A DNA stretch of 59,049 nt, counting the filler, from Barthelona sp. PAP020 (lineage: Eukaryota), in the NCBI GenBank assembly GCA_040182905.1. It is 2 parts of 2 records of this genome, joined end to end, with 100 filler letters (N's around TTAATTAATTAA, not from the genome) between each part and the next. Parts side by side here need not be neighbours in the genome. Positions count along the whole stretch, not along the records: positions 1 to 29,475 come from JARQWU010000117.1; 1 more part is not named here. One strand, 5' to 3'. The notes beneath the pieces were generated by a model, which saw only the letters and a program-made list of their open reading frames with translations, had not been told where the DNA came from and made no database searches. This document shows, piece by piece, positions 1 through 9,964 of this stretch. How positions within the stretch are numbered: the first letter of the stretch is position 1; each line of letters opens with the position of its first letter. The translations under genes were made by a program, and so were the position numbers.

Positions 1-779
1 ATTGAAATGAGTAGTTGGGAAAGCCTTGAATTTGAATCCTGGCTGTTTGAAATGACTTAGTTCTGATTGAAAGATTGGACGATATTGAATCCCTAAAAAA
101 ATGAAAATGACTTCAATAACTTTGGATAGAAAATTTGATTAAGGAAATTCAGACAATAGTTGAAAATTTTGGGAAAATTTCTTTTGTAATCTTTCAAGAT
201 TCTTTATTAGCCAGTAAAATTAGATTCTTCTTTGTCTTAAGCTCAACTATTTGTTTAATTATTTGAAAATTCTGAAATGCGAGAAATTTTGCTTTATTCA
301 AATTCTGGCGCATTTCTTCACGCTTTTCTTTTTCCCTCCTTGTAAAATTTTGTCTGCGACCCGATTCATATTGTTACTTGAATTCATTATATTTCTGGAT
401 ATCAAGAAAAAGTTACAAACACAAAATCTAAACACCTTGATATCAAGGGTGGAAAAGAGACAAAGCCAATTTTTTATCATCAATCAAAGGAGTGTATGAT
501 GAGATTCTTTGAATCTGAATACAATTCATTTCCCCAAACTAAATAACATCATCTAAAATCTCTATATTTTGAATATTTTGTTCTTTTGATCCACACACAA
601 AGCATAATGGAAAATAACATTTTTACAAAGGAATATGGCTAGAATGTCCGGTATTTCAAATAAAAGTCCCAAAATTGTAATTATTTAACCACAAGCCAAA
701 AATAACATGTATCATATATGCCAATAACAAACAATTGTAAACACACATCAACTTTCAGAAATTTTCCATCTACCCATTG

Positions 780-1985
780 CTAATCATCATCAGATTCGTC
801 AGGTTTTGTTCTCAAAAACTCGTGCATGTTACCCCCATTACTTTTATTATTGTAAACCAAATCCCAACACGTATTAACGATCAAACTATATTCTTCTTCA
901 TTCATATATATCCCTGCACTTATCAAATGTCTAACTAGTTGAAAATCCACATTCATGTCAAGCTTTGATAAAATAAAACCATGATTTTTTGATAATTCGA
1001 CGAGTTTTGCAAGATGAGAAGAATCACAGGGATGTATTATTGGATATATCCTAACTGTGTTATTCATACACCTTCCACATGCTAATTGTGTCTTATCATT
1101 TGATATAGCAAAAAAAAACCAATCACATTCACAACCACAATAAACCCTCTGAATTTCTTCAAAATTGTTTGTATTAAATAACGTAATATAGCCATCACCA
1201 CACATAACAACCAAAATGTGTGGTAATAAAAAATGCAATGAGTATACATATCCGCCCATATCAAAGGTATGTATCACTGTTTCATCATCAATGTCCCAAA
1301 GCCTCACCTTTTTTGAATAATCACTGGTGACAATGATTTGTTTTGTTGGATGAACGTCAATAGCTCTGACAAAATCATCATGATCAAAAGAATGAACAAG
1401 GGCGAAATCTTTGGGGTCAACCAATTTAGCAGTTTTATCATCACTTGCTGTCAGAATATATTTTCCATCAGACGAAAATAGGCATCTCCAAATACATAAA
1501 GAATGCATTTTTCTTTCTAGAACAACATTACTGTTGTTCAAATCCCATTTCTTAAGAGTTCCATTGGCATCCCCAGAAAAAATGAACTCACAACAATGTG
1601 AAAAACAAATTCCGTATACTTCAAAGTCGTTTCTTAATCTACCCAAAATGGAGAAATCCTGAAGGTCATATATAATAATAGATTTATCATCTGAACAGGT
1701 TGCTAACAGTTTTCCATCTGAAGAAAAACTAATACCACAAACAATCATATCATGGTCTTTCAATGAAAAACATATTTTCTCAGTTTTTGCATCAATCACA
1801 TGTATTTCGTTAGTGCTATCACCAACAACCAAATATTCTCCATTTGGTGAATAAGAACAATCAAAAATACTGCCAGAAAGCACTCCATCAATTTCTTTCA
1901 TTCCTTTTTCATCAATTTTCCATGGAAGGATTTCATAAATATTGTCTGTTATGAATTTGTTCCGCGAATTATCACCCATATTCAT
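780..1985 (-). CDS. WD40-repeat protein with C-terminal 'NGGN' helical module and acidic tail
   Basis: 401 aa ORF with about 7 WD40 repeats (YSPNGEYL, FSSDGKLLATCSDDKSIIIYD, TLKKWD, VRLWD). C-terminus LISAGIYMNEEEY...NNKSNGGNM...DESDDD is shared with the genes at 3470 and 56165. Confidence 0.9.
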   Translation of the reverse strand: MNMGDNSRNKFITDNIYEILPWKIDEKGMKEIDGVLSGSIFDCSYSPNGEYLVVGDSTNEIHVIDAKTEKICFSLKDHDMIVCGISFSSDGKLLATCSDDKSIIIYDLQDFSILGRLRNDFEVYGICFSHCCEFIFSGDANGTLKKWDLNNSNVVLERKMHSLCIWRCLFSSDGKYILTASDDKTAKLVDPKDFALVHSFDHDDFVRAIDVHPTKQIIVTSDYSKKVRLWDIDDETVIHTFDMGGYVYSLHFLLPHILVVMCGDGYITLFNTNNFEEIQRVYCGCECDWFFFAISNDKTQLACGRCMNNTVRIYPIIHPCDSSHLAKLVELSKNHGFILSKLDMNVDFQLVRHLISAGIYMNEEEYSLIVNTCWDLVYNNKSNGGNMHEFLRTKPDESDDD

Positions 1986-2256
1986 TCAATCAACAAAAAT
2001 TGGAAAAATTCTTGTGTCAATTTGATAATTTTTGAAAATTGGATCAACAAATCTAATTTTGGTGATTACATTCTTTATTTGAAGAACATTTGCTTTAGAA
2101 AAAAAAAAAAACTGAAAAAGAGCATTAATAATATAAATTGCACCCAATTTTTTGGTTTAGTATTTGATAAATAGGAAATAATAATCAGTACTAGTAATTT
2201 AGTCAATTTGAAAAAAGAAATGTTTCATTTTTTCCCAATTTTTTATTCATTTATCA

Positions 2257-3243
2257 ATGTCTGACAATCGTATTAAAAAACAAATTGAGTTTTATTTTGG
2301 TGATTCCAACTATTTCAATGACAATTTTTTGTTGAATCAAGCTGAATTAAATGATAATTGGATTTCTGTCAATGTTATTGCTGATTTTCCAAGAATGATT
2401 GAATTAGATGCCACTATTGATAATATTTACGAATCTTGCAAGAATTCTGACATTGTCACTTTCAATGATGATCACACTATGATGAGACGTATCAATTTAG
2501 AAAAAGTCACCAAAGAAGAAATTATGGCTCGTAGCTTGCGATTGAAACCAATTCCTTCTACTTCTACAATTGAAAGCATTGAAGAATTTATGAAGAAAAT
2601 TGATGATTCTGTTACTGTTCGTGCTGTTTGGATTCGTCGTGATCACCAAACTGGAGATGCTGTTTCCTGTTTTGTTGAATTTAAGAGTGTTGAGGATGCT
2701 CAAAAGATTCTTGAAAAGAAAACATTAACTCTTGAAGAAGAACTTGAAACCACTCTTGAATTGAAGACTGATTATAATGAAAGAAAGAGAAAAGAAAATA
2801 AAGATAGGAAAAATAAAAAGAACAAAAAGGATGATTCTGAGACATCTGAAAGTGTTAAAGGTCAAGCTGTAAGCTTTGTTTCTGGATTAATTAATCGTTT
2901 GGTTGGAATTAAAGAAGGCATTACACCTGCCCAATTGAGAGAAATATTCACTAGATATGGCAACATCAAGTTTGTTGATTTTTCTGAAGGCTCTTTCGGT
3001 GGTTTTATCAGATACAACATGTCTTCTCCTTCTGCTACAGCATCTGCTGTTATTGACAAAGATAATTTGAAAAAGGAAATTGGAGGTGATGATTTCGATA
3101 TCTTGATTTTAGATGGAGATGAAGAAGCTGAATATTATAAGGCCATTGTTTCTAAAAGCAGAAGCAGAGATAAAGGTTTCAAGAAGAGAGGAGGAAGACG
3201 AAACAGAAACAAAGAACATGCCAAACGTGAACCCAGCATGTGA
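2257..3243 (+). CDS. SSB: La autoantigen-like RNA-binding protein (La motif + RRM1 + RRM2)
   Basis: N-terminal IKKQIEFYFGDSNYFNDNFL La motif, RRM with CFVEFKSVEDAQK, second RRM (IKFVDFSEG...GFIRY) and a basic tail. Confidence 0.9.
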   Translation: MSDNRIKKQIEFYFGDSNYFNDNFLLNQAELNDNWISVNVIADFPRMIELDATIDNIYESCKNSDIVTFNDDHTMMRRINLEKVTKEEIMARSLRLKPIPSTSTIESIEEFMKKIDDSVTVRAVWIRRDHQTGDAVSCFVEFKSVEDAQKILEKKTLTLEEELETTLELKTDYNERKRKENKDRKNKKNKKDDSETSESVKGQAVSFVSGLINRLVGIKEGITPAQLREIFTRYGNIKFVDFSEGSFGGFIRYNMSSPSATASAVIDKDNLKKEIGGDDFDILILDGDEEAEYYKAIVSKSRSRDKGFKKRGGRRNRNKEHAKREPSM

Positions 3244-3469
3244 GTTGGTGTATCCATTTCATATTTGTTTAACGCTTAGTCATTTATAAATGAATCATTC
3301 ATGTTTTTGTTTTCTCTGTGTAGAAGTTCAAACCACTGTTATTATTGACCCTTGATTAATAAACTCTCTTCAAAATGATTAAATCAGTTACTTATTTGTT
3401 TATTTATTCAGTTCAAACAGAAGAGAAAAACAACAAAAAAGATACAACAACAAAATGCAGATAAAATTT

Positions 3470-6460
3470 TTACAATGGGTTGCTTTGAATTTCTTCAAGA
3501 ACGGATATAAACAACAATTTTTCTTTTAACTCATCAAAATTCTCAAAATATTTCTTCTTTGATAAAAAATCATGAATTGCTTCAACATACTTTTCTGATT
3601 GATAATATGTCAAAGATAAAGGGTTAAAATGAAATTCAACAATTTCAAAATATATCTGAGAATTTTCATTGATTTTTTTCAATTCACTTTCATTTTGTAA
3701 TCGATATAAAATGCTTAATTTGTCTTTAATATGATTTTTATTTAAAGATTCAAGGTTTTTATAGGATAAATCTTTCAGACTATGGTATTTGTCACATAGA
3801 TTGTACAAATCATTCAACCATTTTACACAAGATTGAATTTTTCTAATTTTTTCAAACATTTCAACGTTATTGATGCAGTTTTTGTCAACTTCAACATTTC
3901 TTTGCTTTTCGTAATCATTTTTCACATATTTTGCATGTTTTTTTCCTTTTGATTCAAAGATGGTATCTTCATCAATATTTTCATTCAATGTCGAATATTT
4001 TGAGTGACATGAAAAATTTTCCGGATAAATTTGTTTTGACGATAAATTGTTAAAAGAATTCCAACTTTCATCTTTGTTTTGTTTTGCCGATGACCTGAAA
4101 ACAAAAGTGTCAATCTCTTCTTCTTTGCTTTTTTCACAATATTGAGCCACTTCTTTTTCATATTTGATTCTATTGTCTTGAAAGTCCCTAATTGACATTT
4201 CATCTACAATTTCATCATTAATTTCATAAAAACTTTTTTGAGATTGCTTTTGTGGTTCAATTAAACCGCCATCATCCAAAGATAAATCATTGACACGATT
4301 TTCATCAACTTTATTGGTCTTTCCAATAAGATCCGGTTCTTTGAACCTCAAATACAAATGTGCCTTTTCTGATAAAAATTTTTCGAACAAATAAAAGTAC
4401 TGTCTTCCAAATGCCAACGTGATGTTATCAAAAAAATCTTTTAAAGCTTGATTGGACAATCTAAATTTACCATGAATCTTTCTAGCAACAATAAATTCAA
4501 AAAATAATTCAACCACTTCAGGATAATTATGTGCAGTCATAATAATAGCACACAATTTTCCATCTTTGGGCCATTCTTCAATTTGCGAATATTTCAAAAG
4601 ATTTATTAAAAATTCTTTCGATATGTGGGATTTATTTTTCTTCAATGCATTAAAATTAATATTTTTACCATTGTATATTTCATCTCTGCAACAAAATTTT
4701 ACCAAACCAATATTTCCTCCATTTTTTGCATTTTTTAAACACCATTCTTCAGAGAAACTTATCGAAACACATTCATCCAAATGTATCTTCAAACCTTGCT
4801 CAATAATGTCTTCAATTAGAGTGTCAATTTGTTGTTGAGTGAAATTTAAAATTTCCCTTCTCATTCTCGAGTCTTTATATGCTATACCAAACCAATATTT
4901 AACAAATGCATCCCTCAGATTTTTTGGAGGATTTTTTAAATTTTTAGTCCTTTGTAACATCATCTTTCCATCACTTTTAAACATTTTCAAGAATACTTCC
5001 ATTGAAATCTCACCTAAATACTCATTTAATTCTCCTCTTTTGAGTAAGGCTACCAAATTAACGATTTTTTCCTTTTCAATGCTTTCTAAAATACCAAATC
5101 TCCATCCATCAATATTACCGCCATTTTTTTTATTATTAGCGATGTAGGAATGAAAAAGAAACATGTTTTTTTTAACAAACTGATATTCATCATAATTAAG
5201 GTGCAAGCCATCATTTAAAAGCTCATTAATACAAATGTTTAATCCACTATGGTAAAAAAAAGAAAAAATTTCACCCTTAAGATGTTTAGAATATTCGATA
5301 AGATATTCTTTCAAGTTTTGAAAATTTTCTAACAAAAATTTTCTCTTTTTAAGTACTATTGAATCATAAATCATGATAGTTTTGGGTGTACAAACAAAAA
5401 AATGTTGATTTTTGATGTCATATTCAAAGTCAACAACTCTATTTTCTTTAGTTTCAAATAATAACTTAAAACCAGTTCCAACTTTCAAATTATTAACATA
5501 AATGCTTCCATTGCTTTTTAAAAGGGCAACATTATCATCATCCAAAAATAGAGCTTTGATATGCTGATTACCGTCTCTATTTAATAACAGTTCATCAGTC
5601 GAATTAATATGCAAATGTTTAAAATCCTTTTCGGTACAAACTAATAAATAATCACCTGTTGAATCAAATTTAACTGAAACATATCGTAGGAGAGACCTTA
5701 CAATAGTATATCTCTCGCCTGTATTAACATTATAATATTTGACACAATAGTAACTCCCACTATATACGCAATAAAGAAATTCAAGTCTTTTTGGTGAAGG
5801 AACTGCAAACAAACAAGGATTTTTACTGATTTCAATACTCTGATCTTCATGCCACAAAATTAATGGGGAATGATCATACTTAATATTTGTCTTCTTCCAA
5901 GTCAGCCTAAATTCGCCATTTATTCCAAACATAGTATATCCAGAGGTCAAAATATCAATATTTCCGTCTTCTGGAAAAAATATGACGCTATTTGTGTTTG
6001 ATGAAAGAACAAATCTTTCCTTCTCCCCAGGAATATCCTGAACCAATTCAATAGAACTGGAAAATTCCTGCACATTTTCAAATTTTGTTGTGTCTTCAAA
6101 TTTTCCAATGATTAAATGGTTTTGAAACAAAAGTGAACAGTAATCTTTATGAATTTGAAAACATTTGAGCTTTTCCCATCTATCACTAAAAGTATATTCA
6201 TTAATTAATTGCAATTCATTCTTTGATCTTAATAAATACAAAACAATGAATTTTTTTCTTTTATCATCCATTAAATTTTTCAAAAATCCTTCATAAAAAT
6301 TCAAAGAAGCAATATACTCAAAACTTTGTTCCCAATTATATTCAATACATTTGTTCAATTGGCTAACTAGAAATTCTTCTTCTAGACTTTTTTCGTTTTC
6401 TGAAATAGCTTGTTGTACCCATTGATAATATGTTTTTTCTTTCTCGTTATAATCATCCAT
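3470..6460 (-). CDS. Uncharacterised ~996 aa protein: divergent beta-propeller plus two 'NGGN' helical modules
   Basis: Long ORF. Start placed at ATG 6460 (MDDYNEK) after a T-rich tract. WD-like strands (VKFDSTGDYLLVCT, VVDFEYD) are followed by LLNDGLHLNYDEY...NNKKNGGNI and IIEQGLKIHLDEC...KNAKNGGNI. Confidence 0.8.
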   Translation of the reverse strand: MDDYNEKEKTYYQWVQQAISENEKSLEEEFLVSQLNKCIEYNWEQSFEYIASLNFYEGFLKNLMDDKRKKFIVLYLLRSKNELQLINEYTFSDRWEKLKCFQIHKDYCSLLFQNHLIIGKFEDTTKFENVQEFSSSIELVQDIPGEKERFVLSSNTNSVIFFPEDGNIDILTSGYTMFGINGEFRLTWKKTNIKYDHSPLILWHEDQSIEISKNPCLFAVPSPKRLEFLYCVYSGSYYCVKYYNVNTGERYTIVRSLLRYVSVKFDSTGDYLLVCTEKDFKHLHINSTDELLLNRDGNQHIKALFLDDDNVALLKSNGSIYVNNLKVGTGFKLLFETKENRVVDFEYDIKNQHFFVCTPKTIMIYDSIVLKKRKFLLENFQNLKEYLIEYSKHLKGEIFSFFYHSGLNICINELLNDGLHLNYDEYQFVKKNMFLFHSYIANNKKNGGNIDGWRFGILESIEKEKIVNLVALLKRGELNEYLGEISMEVFLKMFKSDGKMMLQRTKNLKNPPKNLRDAFVKYWFGIAYKDSRMRREILNFTQQQIDTLIEDIIEQGLKIHLDECVSISFSEEWCLKNAKNGGNIGLVKFCCRDEIYNGKNINFNALKKNKSHISKEFLINLLKYSQIEEWPKDGKLCAIIMTAHNYPEVVELFFEFIVARKIHGKFRLSNQALKDFFDNITLAFGRQYFYLFEKFLSEKAHLYLRFKEPDLIGKTNKVDENRVNDLSLDDGGLIEPQKQSQKSFYEINDEIVDEMSIRDFQDNRIKYEKEVAQYCEKSKEEEIDTFVFRSSAKQNKDESWNSFNNLSSKQIYPENFSCHSKYSTLNENIDEDTIFESKGKKHAKYVKNDYEKQRNVEVDKNCINNVEMFEKIRKIQSCVKWLNDLYNLCDKYHSLKDLSYKNLESLNKNHIKDKLSILYRLQNESELKKINENSQIYFEIVEFHFNPLSLTYYQSEKYVEAIHDFLSKKKYFENFDELKEKLLFISVLEEIQSNPL

Positions 6461-6636
6461 TGAATAAAGAAAAAAACCTTCAAAAGAAAAAAATCTAACA
6501 TTTATTCTAGTTTTTCCAAAATCTTTTTTCTTTTTCCTTTGATTAACTTTTATTGTCATTTCTTCCTCAAAAAAAACCAGAAACACATAAATAAAAACAC
6601 AATTTATAGATCAATGAATCAAAAAATAAAAATAGC

Positions 6637-7800
6637 CTACTCAACAGATGAAACCCATTTCCAAATATCCTGTGGAACACCATTAATATTGCATCTCATT
6701 GCAGTGACTTGAGTGTTGCGATTAATACGCTTAATTACATCATTCCACAAGGATAAGATAGTTTTTTCTTCCCTGGTTGTCAAACAATCATCTAATAAAG
6801 CATCTCTAATTTGAACAACAATGACTTCTTCTTCCTTTTTAGCTTTCAACATGTCAATCACTCTTGAAGCTAATCTAATAATTTGATTATGTTTTTCATG
6901 TCTAAGGACAAAATATTGTTTCAAAGCCCAAACGCATACAATGCAAATGACAGCTTCAATAATTATAAATTTGTTGTTCTTCAAAAATTTGATTGAAGAA
7001 GGATACAACTGATCAGAAAACGTCTTAATTACAATGAAATAGTGTTGAGTTTTTTCTATCGCTTTTGAAGAGCTATTTATGAAATTAGAAAAAATTTCAC
7101 CAAAACAAGAAGAAATCTGAGGATAAAACATCACAAATACAAAAATAATCATACATGCTGCGGTAAATGAAAAAAATAAAATGAGACTGTGGTATAAAGA
7201 TTTCCCTTCCTTTTTAGTTTCTTCAACTCTGTCACTTTCAACAGCTTCTGCCTTTTCAACTTCTATTTCTTCTTTTTGTTCTTCATCATCTTGTTCGGGA
7301 ATTTCAGAAGTATATGCGATTTCTTCCTCTTCAACATTCTCTTCAAAATCATTTTCTTCTTCAGCTACATTTGAAGTTGTTGAAATTTTGTGTTTTGGGG
7401 TAAACAATTCCTGGTTCTTAGAAATTGTAATATTAATTCCAGAAATAGGAGTAATTTCCTGAATTGGTTCTGTTTTTCTAACAGTACGAGGTAAATTGGG
7501 TGGAAGAATATGTTTGGGCGTTTCTTCATATGGTTCTTCCTCTTCAACATCACGTAATGGTGTTCTACCTCTTGAAGCAGAACGCAACAAAACAGATCTC
7601 TTTTTGGCTTGTGGTATTCTTTTAATAGGGCTTGGAGTATGTTCTGTAGCATCAACATTCAAAATTTTAGACACATAAATGTCCCACAATTCAGCTTTTC
7701 TTAAAGATCTTGTGGGAAGTTCAATATCGTTTGCAGTTAAAATTGATCTTAATTTTGCAATGGTTGTTTTCCCAATTTCAGTTGGAAGAGAAGAACTCAT
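6637..7800 (-). CDS. SRC1: Inner nuclear membrane protein, Src1/Heh1/Man1 family (HeH/LEM + 2 TM + C-terminal winged helix)
   Basis: N-terminal TIAKLRSILTANDIELP..LRKAELWDIY HeH/LEM motif, two hydrophobic TM segments and C-terminal QIRDALL...LWNDV...IWKWV Man1-Src1p-C pattern. ATG at 7800. Confidence 0.8.
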   Translation of the reverse strand: MSSSLPTEIGKTTIAKLRSILTANDIELPTRSLRKAELWDIYVSKILNVDATEHTPSPIKRIPQAKKRSVLLRSASRGRTPLRDVEEEEPYEETPKHILPPNLPRTVRKTEPIQEITPISGINITISKNQELFTPKHKISTTSNVAEEENDFEENVEEEEIAYTSEIPEQDDEEQKEEIEVEKAEAVESDRVEETKKEGKSLYHSLILFFSFTAACMIIFVFVMFYPQISSCFGEIFSNFINSSSKAIEKTQHYFIVIKTFSDQLYPSSIKFLKNNKFIIIEAVICIVCVWALKQYFVLRHEKHNQIIRLASRVIDMLKAKKEEEVIVVQIRDALLDDCLTTREEKTILSLWNDVIKRINRNTQVTAMRCNINGVPQDIWKWVSSVE

Positions 7801-7871
7801 TGAGATCAATCAAAAAATGAAAATAAAAATTTTAGTCTTCCGCCTCTTTTATATTCATACAATATTTAAAT

Positions 7872-8792
7872 ATGTCCAATTCAATCGAACTTTCAGGATT
7901 ACCTTTTGAGGTTAAATCACTAATAGCTGATTTAAAAAATGAAAATCAATTTTTGGAAACTGAAAAGGAAATTAAAGAAAAAGAATCATTAACCCTTCAA
8001 CGTGAAAATGAAAGATTACAAAAAGTTATTCTTCAATTGAACACAAAAGTTGAGGAGATTTTGAATCAACCACGTTATATTGTTAATGAATTGGAAAATA
8101 CAATTCTTGAGAAAAATATGAAGATTGAAGAGTTAGAAAAAAAAGTTAAGACCCTAGAAAGTGTGAGTCGAAGAAAAGATGATACAATTATTGAATTGCA
8201 AACGAAAATTGATGAGGATATTCAAGCAAGAAATTTAGAAAATGATAAAATTTATTTTCAGAAAGAAGTTGAACGTCAATCTCAAGCTAGAGAACAACAA
8301 AATCGTGCCTTAAAGTCACAAGATCGTTTATTACGATTGTTAAACACCAGATTAGCTTCTTTGTCAGATCTTATCAATGAAAGTAGAGTTCCTGATGTGC
8401 AACCAATTCAAAAAAGATTACGTTCAATCTTGCAGAGTCAAACAATTGATGAATCATTGGAGCTACCAGATTATGATGAATTTGAAAAGAACAACAGTGT
8501 TTATAAGTTATTAGAAAAGGAATGGAACTCTCAAAAGAAAACAATTGATGCTCAAGAGACTGAATTACAAGAAAAAGATGACAATATTGAAATTTTAACC
8601 AACAGAATTGAAGTGATGGCCAAAAGATATAAAACAATGGAAAGAACCTTCAAACAAAAGGAAAATGATTATAAGAAGGATATTAATGATCTTTCAAGAG
8701 CCATTAACGAAAGAGATATTCAATATGAACAGTCTGAGAATATTTTGAAATCTGAAATTTACAATTTAAGGAATGCTGTCAGATCGAAATGA
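7872..8792 (+). CDS. Coiled-coil protein of unknown function
   Basis: 306 aa ORF rich in E/K/Q/L heptads throughout. Confidence 0.75.
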   Translation: MSNSIELSGLPFEVKSLIADLKNENQFLETEKEIKEKESLTLQRENERLQKVILQLNTKVEEILNQPRYIVNELENTILEKNMKIEELEKKVKTLESVSRRKDDTIIELQTKIDEDIQARNLENDKIYFQKEVERQSQAREQQNRALKSQDRLLRLLNTRLASLSDLINESRVPDVQPIQKRLRSILQSQTIDESLELPDYDEFEKNNSVYKLLEKEWNSQKKTIDAQETELQEKDDNIEILTNRIEVMAKRYKTMERTFKQKENDYKKDINDLSRAINERDIQYEQSENILKSEIYNLRNAVRSK

Positions 8793-8932
8793 TTGCAAAT
8801 CATCTTTTTAGAGAAACATTGTCTTGGAGACGTTGTTTTTCTCTTTTGTGTTATAAATGTGAAAATCTTTTAGTTTTTCAAACCTTCGCATAAATATTTC
8901 ATTTGTTAGTAATTCATGCTTTATAAACATTT

Positions 8933-9541
8933 ATGCTTTTGCAACGTTTAATTGATTCATTATATGAGTTGAACATCGATCAACATATTCAAACAGACCA
9001 ATTCCTGAAGATTATTCGAATATTCGTTCAATTGTTTGACAATTTGGATATGAGTTTATTTAATATTATTACAAAAGATATGACAAAAAATTGTAAAAAG
9101 ATTAATAACTTTTGTAAAATTACGGGAGAAGGTGTTATATTAGATGAAATTGTATTCAGTGAGATATCCAATAAAACATATAAAAAAGATGAAAGCGGTA
9201 CCACCGGCATTTTATGGCTGAAAAGAACTCTTGAATTCATTGCAATTCTCTTCAGAGAATTGAGTATCACAAATAACTCAATGAAGACTTGTGCAACAGA
9301 TGCATACAATAAAAGTTTGAAGAAATATCACAATGTGTTTATGAGACCTGTTGTTCATGCCACCTTATTGACTTGTCCTTCAAGAGAGGAGATTTTTTTT
9401 AAAATTGGAGAAACTTCAGATTTTGAACTAATTAGCACTCAATTGCAATTGATTCTCGCTCGAATGAAGCCCCTTGTGAGAAATCTTCATAATTTTCTGA
9501 CAATTCATGATATTGAAGTTTATAAAATGAATACTATTTGA
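8933..9541 (+). CDS. GLTP: Glycolipid transfer protein (GLTP) domain protein
   Basis: KDMTKNCKKI, SGTTGILWLKRTLEFI and AYNKSLKKYHNVF are hallmark GLTP motifs. Confidence 0.9.
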   Translation: MLLQRLIDSLYELNIDQHIQTDQFLKIIRIFVQLFDNLDMSLFNIITKDMTKNCKKINNFCKITGEGVILDEIVFSEISNKTYKKDESGTTGILWLKRTLEFIAILFRELSITNNSMKTCATDAYNKSLKKYHNVFMRPVVHATLLTCPSREEIFFKIGETSDFELISTQLQLILARMKPLVRNLHNFLTIHDIEVYKMNTI

Positions 9542-9964
9542 GTACATTGCTGCATGTAATATTTGTACCAAAAGAACAATAATCTTGGAATTAATATAGA
9601 GACATGATGATGGTTTGGTGTCATTTAAAAATCTAAATCTTTCACTTTACATTTTTCAATGAAGCAATTAAGTAGCTTTTTTTTGTTTTGGCTGAAGTTG
9701 AAACTTTTTTTTTAGATTTATCAAATTGTTCTGTATTTTATTCACTATTGGATTTACCAAAATTTATAAATTTATTTTCTTCCCAACTTTCAGTTCCTTA
9801 CTCATTGAAAAATTGAAAAATTGAAGGATTTCGTCTTTTTGTTTTTTTGAAAAAACAGGTTGTATTTTTTCGACTTTTATTGTGATAATTTAATGATAAA
9901 AATAAAAGTCACATGTTTTGTTTTTCACATATTTGACGAATATTTTTTCTTTTGAGAATATATA

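Noticed and set aside
1..499. Short ORFs at the window start, and a possible minus-strand exon (1-92) after a TTTTTTAG acceptor with upstream in-frame TGAs (selenoprotein?)
   Set aside because: No recognisable protein or redox motif, no branch motif or start codon, and the implied 28-nt intron is unsupported.
9604..9695. ATGATGA...CTGA resembling a box C/D snoRNA downstream of GLTP
   Set aside because: No convincing terminal stem, and the guide region is a low-complexity T-run; such motifs occur by chance in AT-rich DNA.
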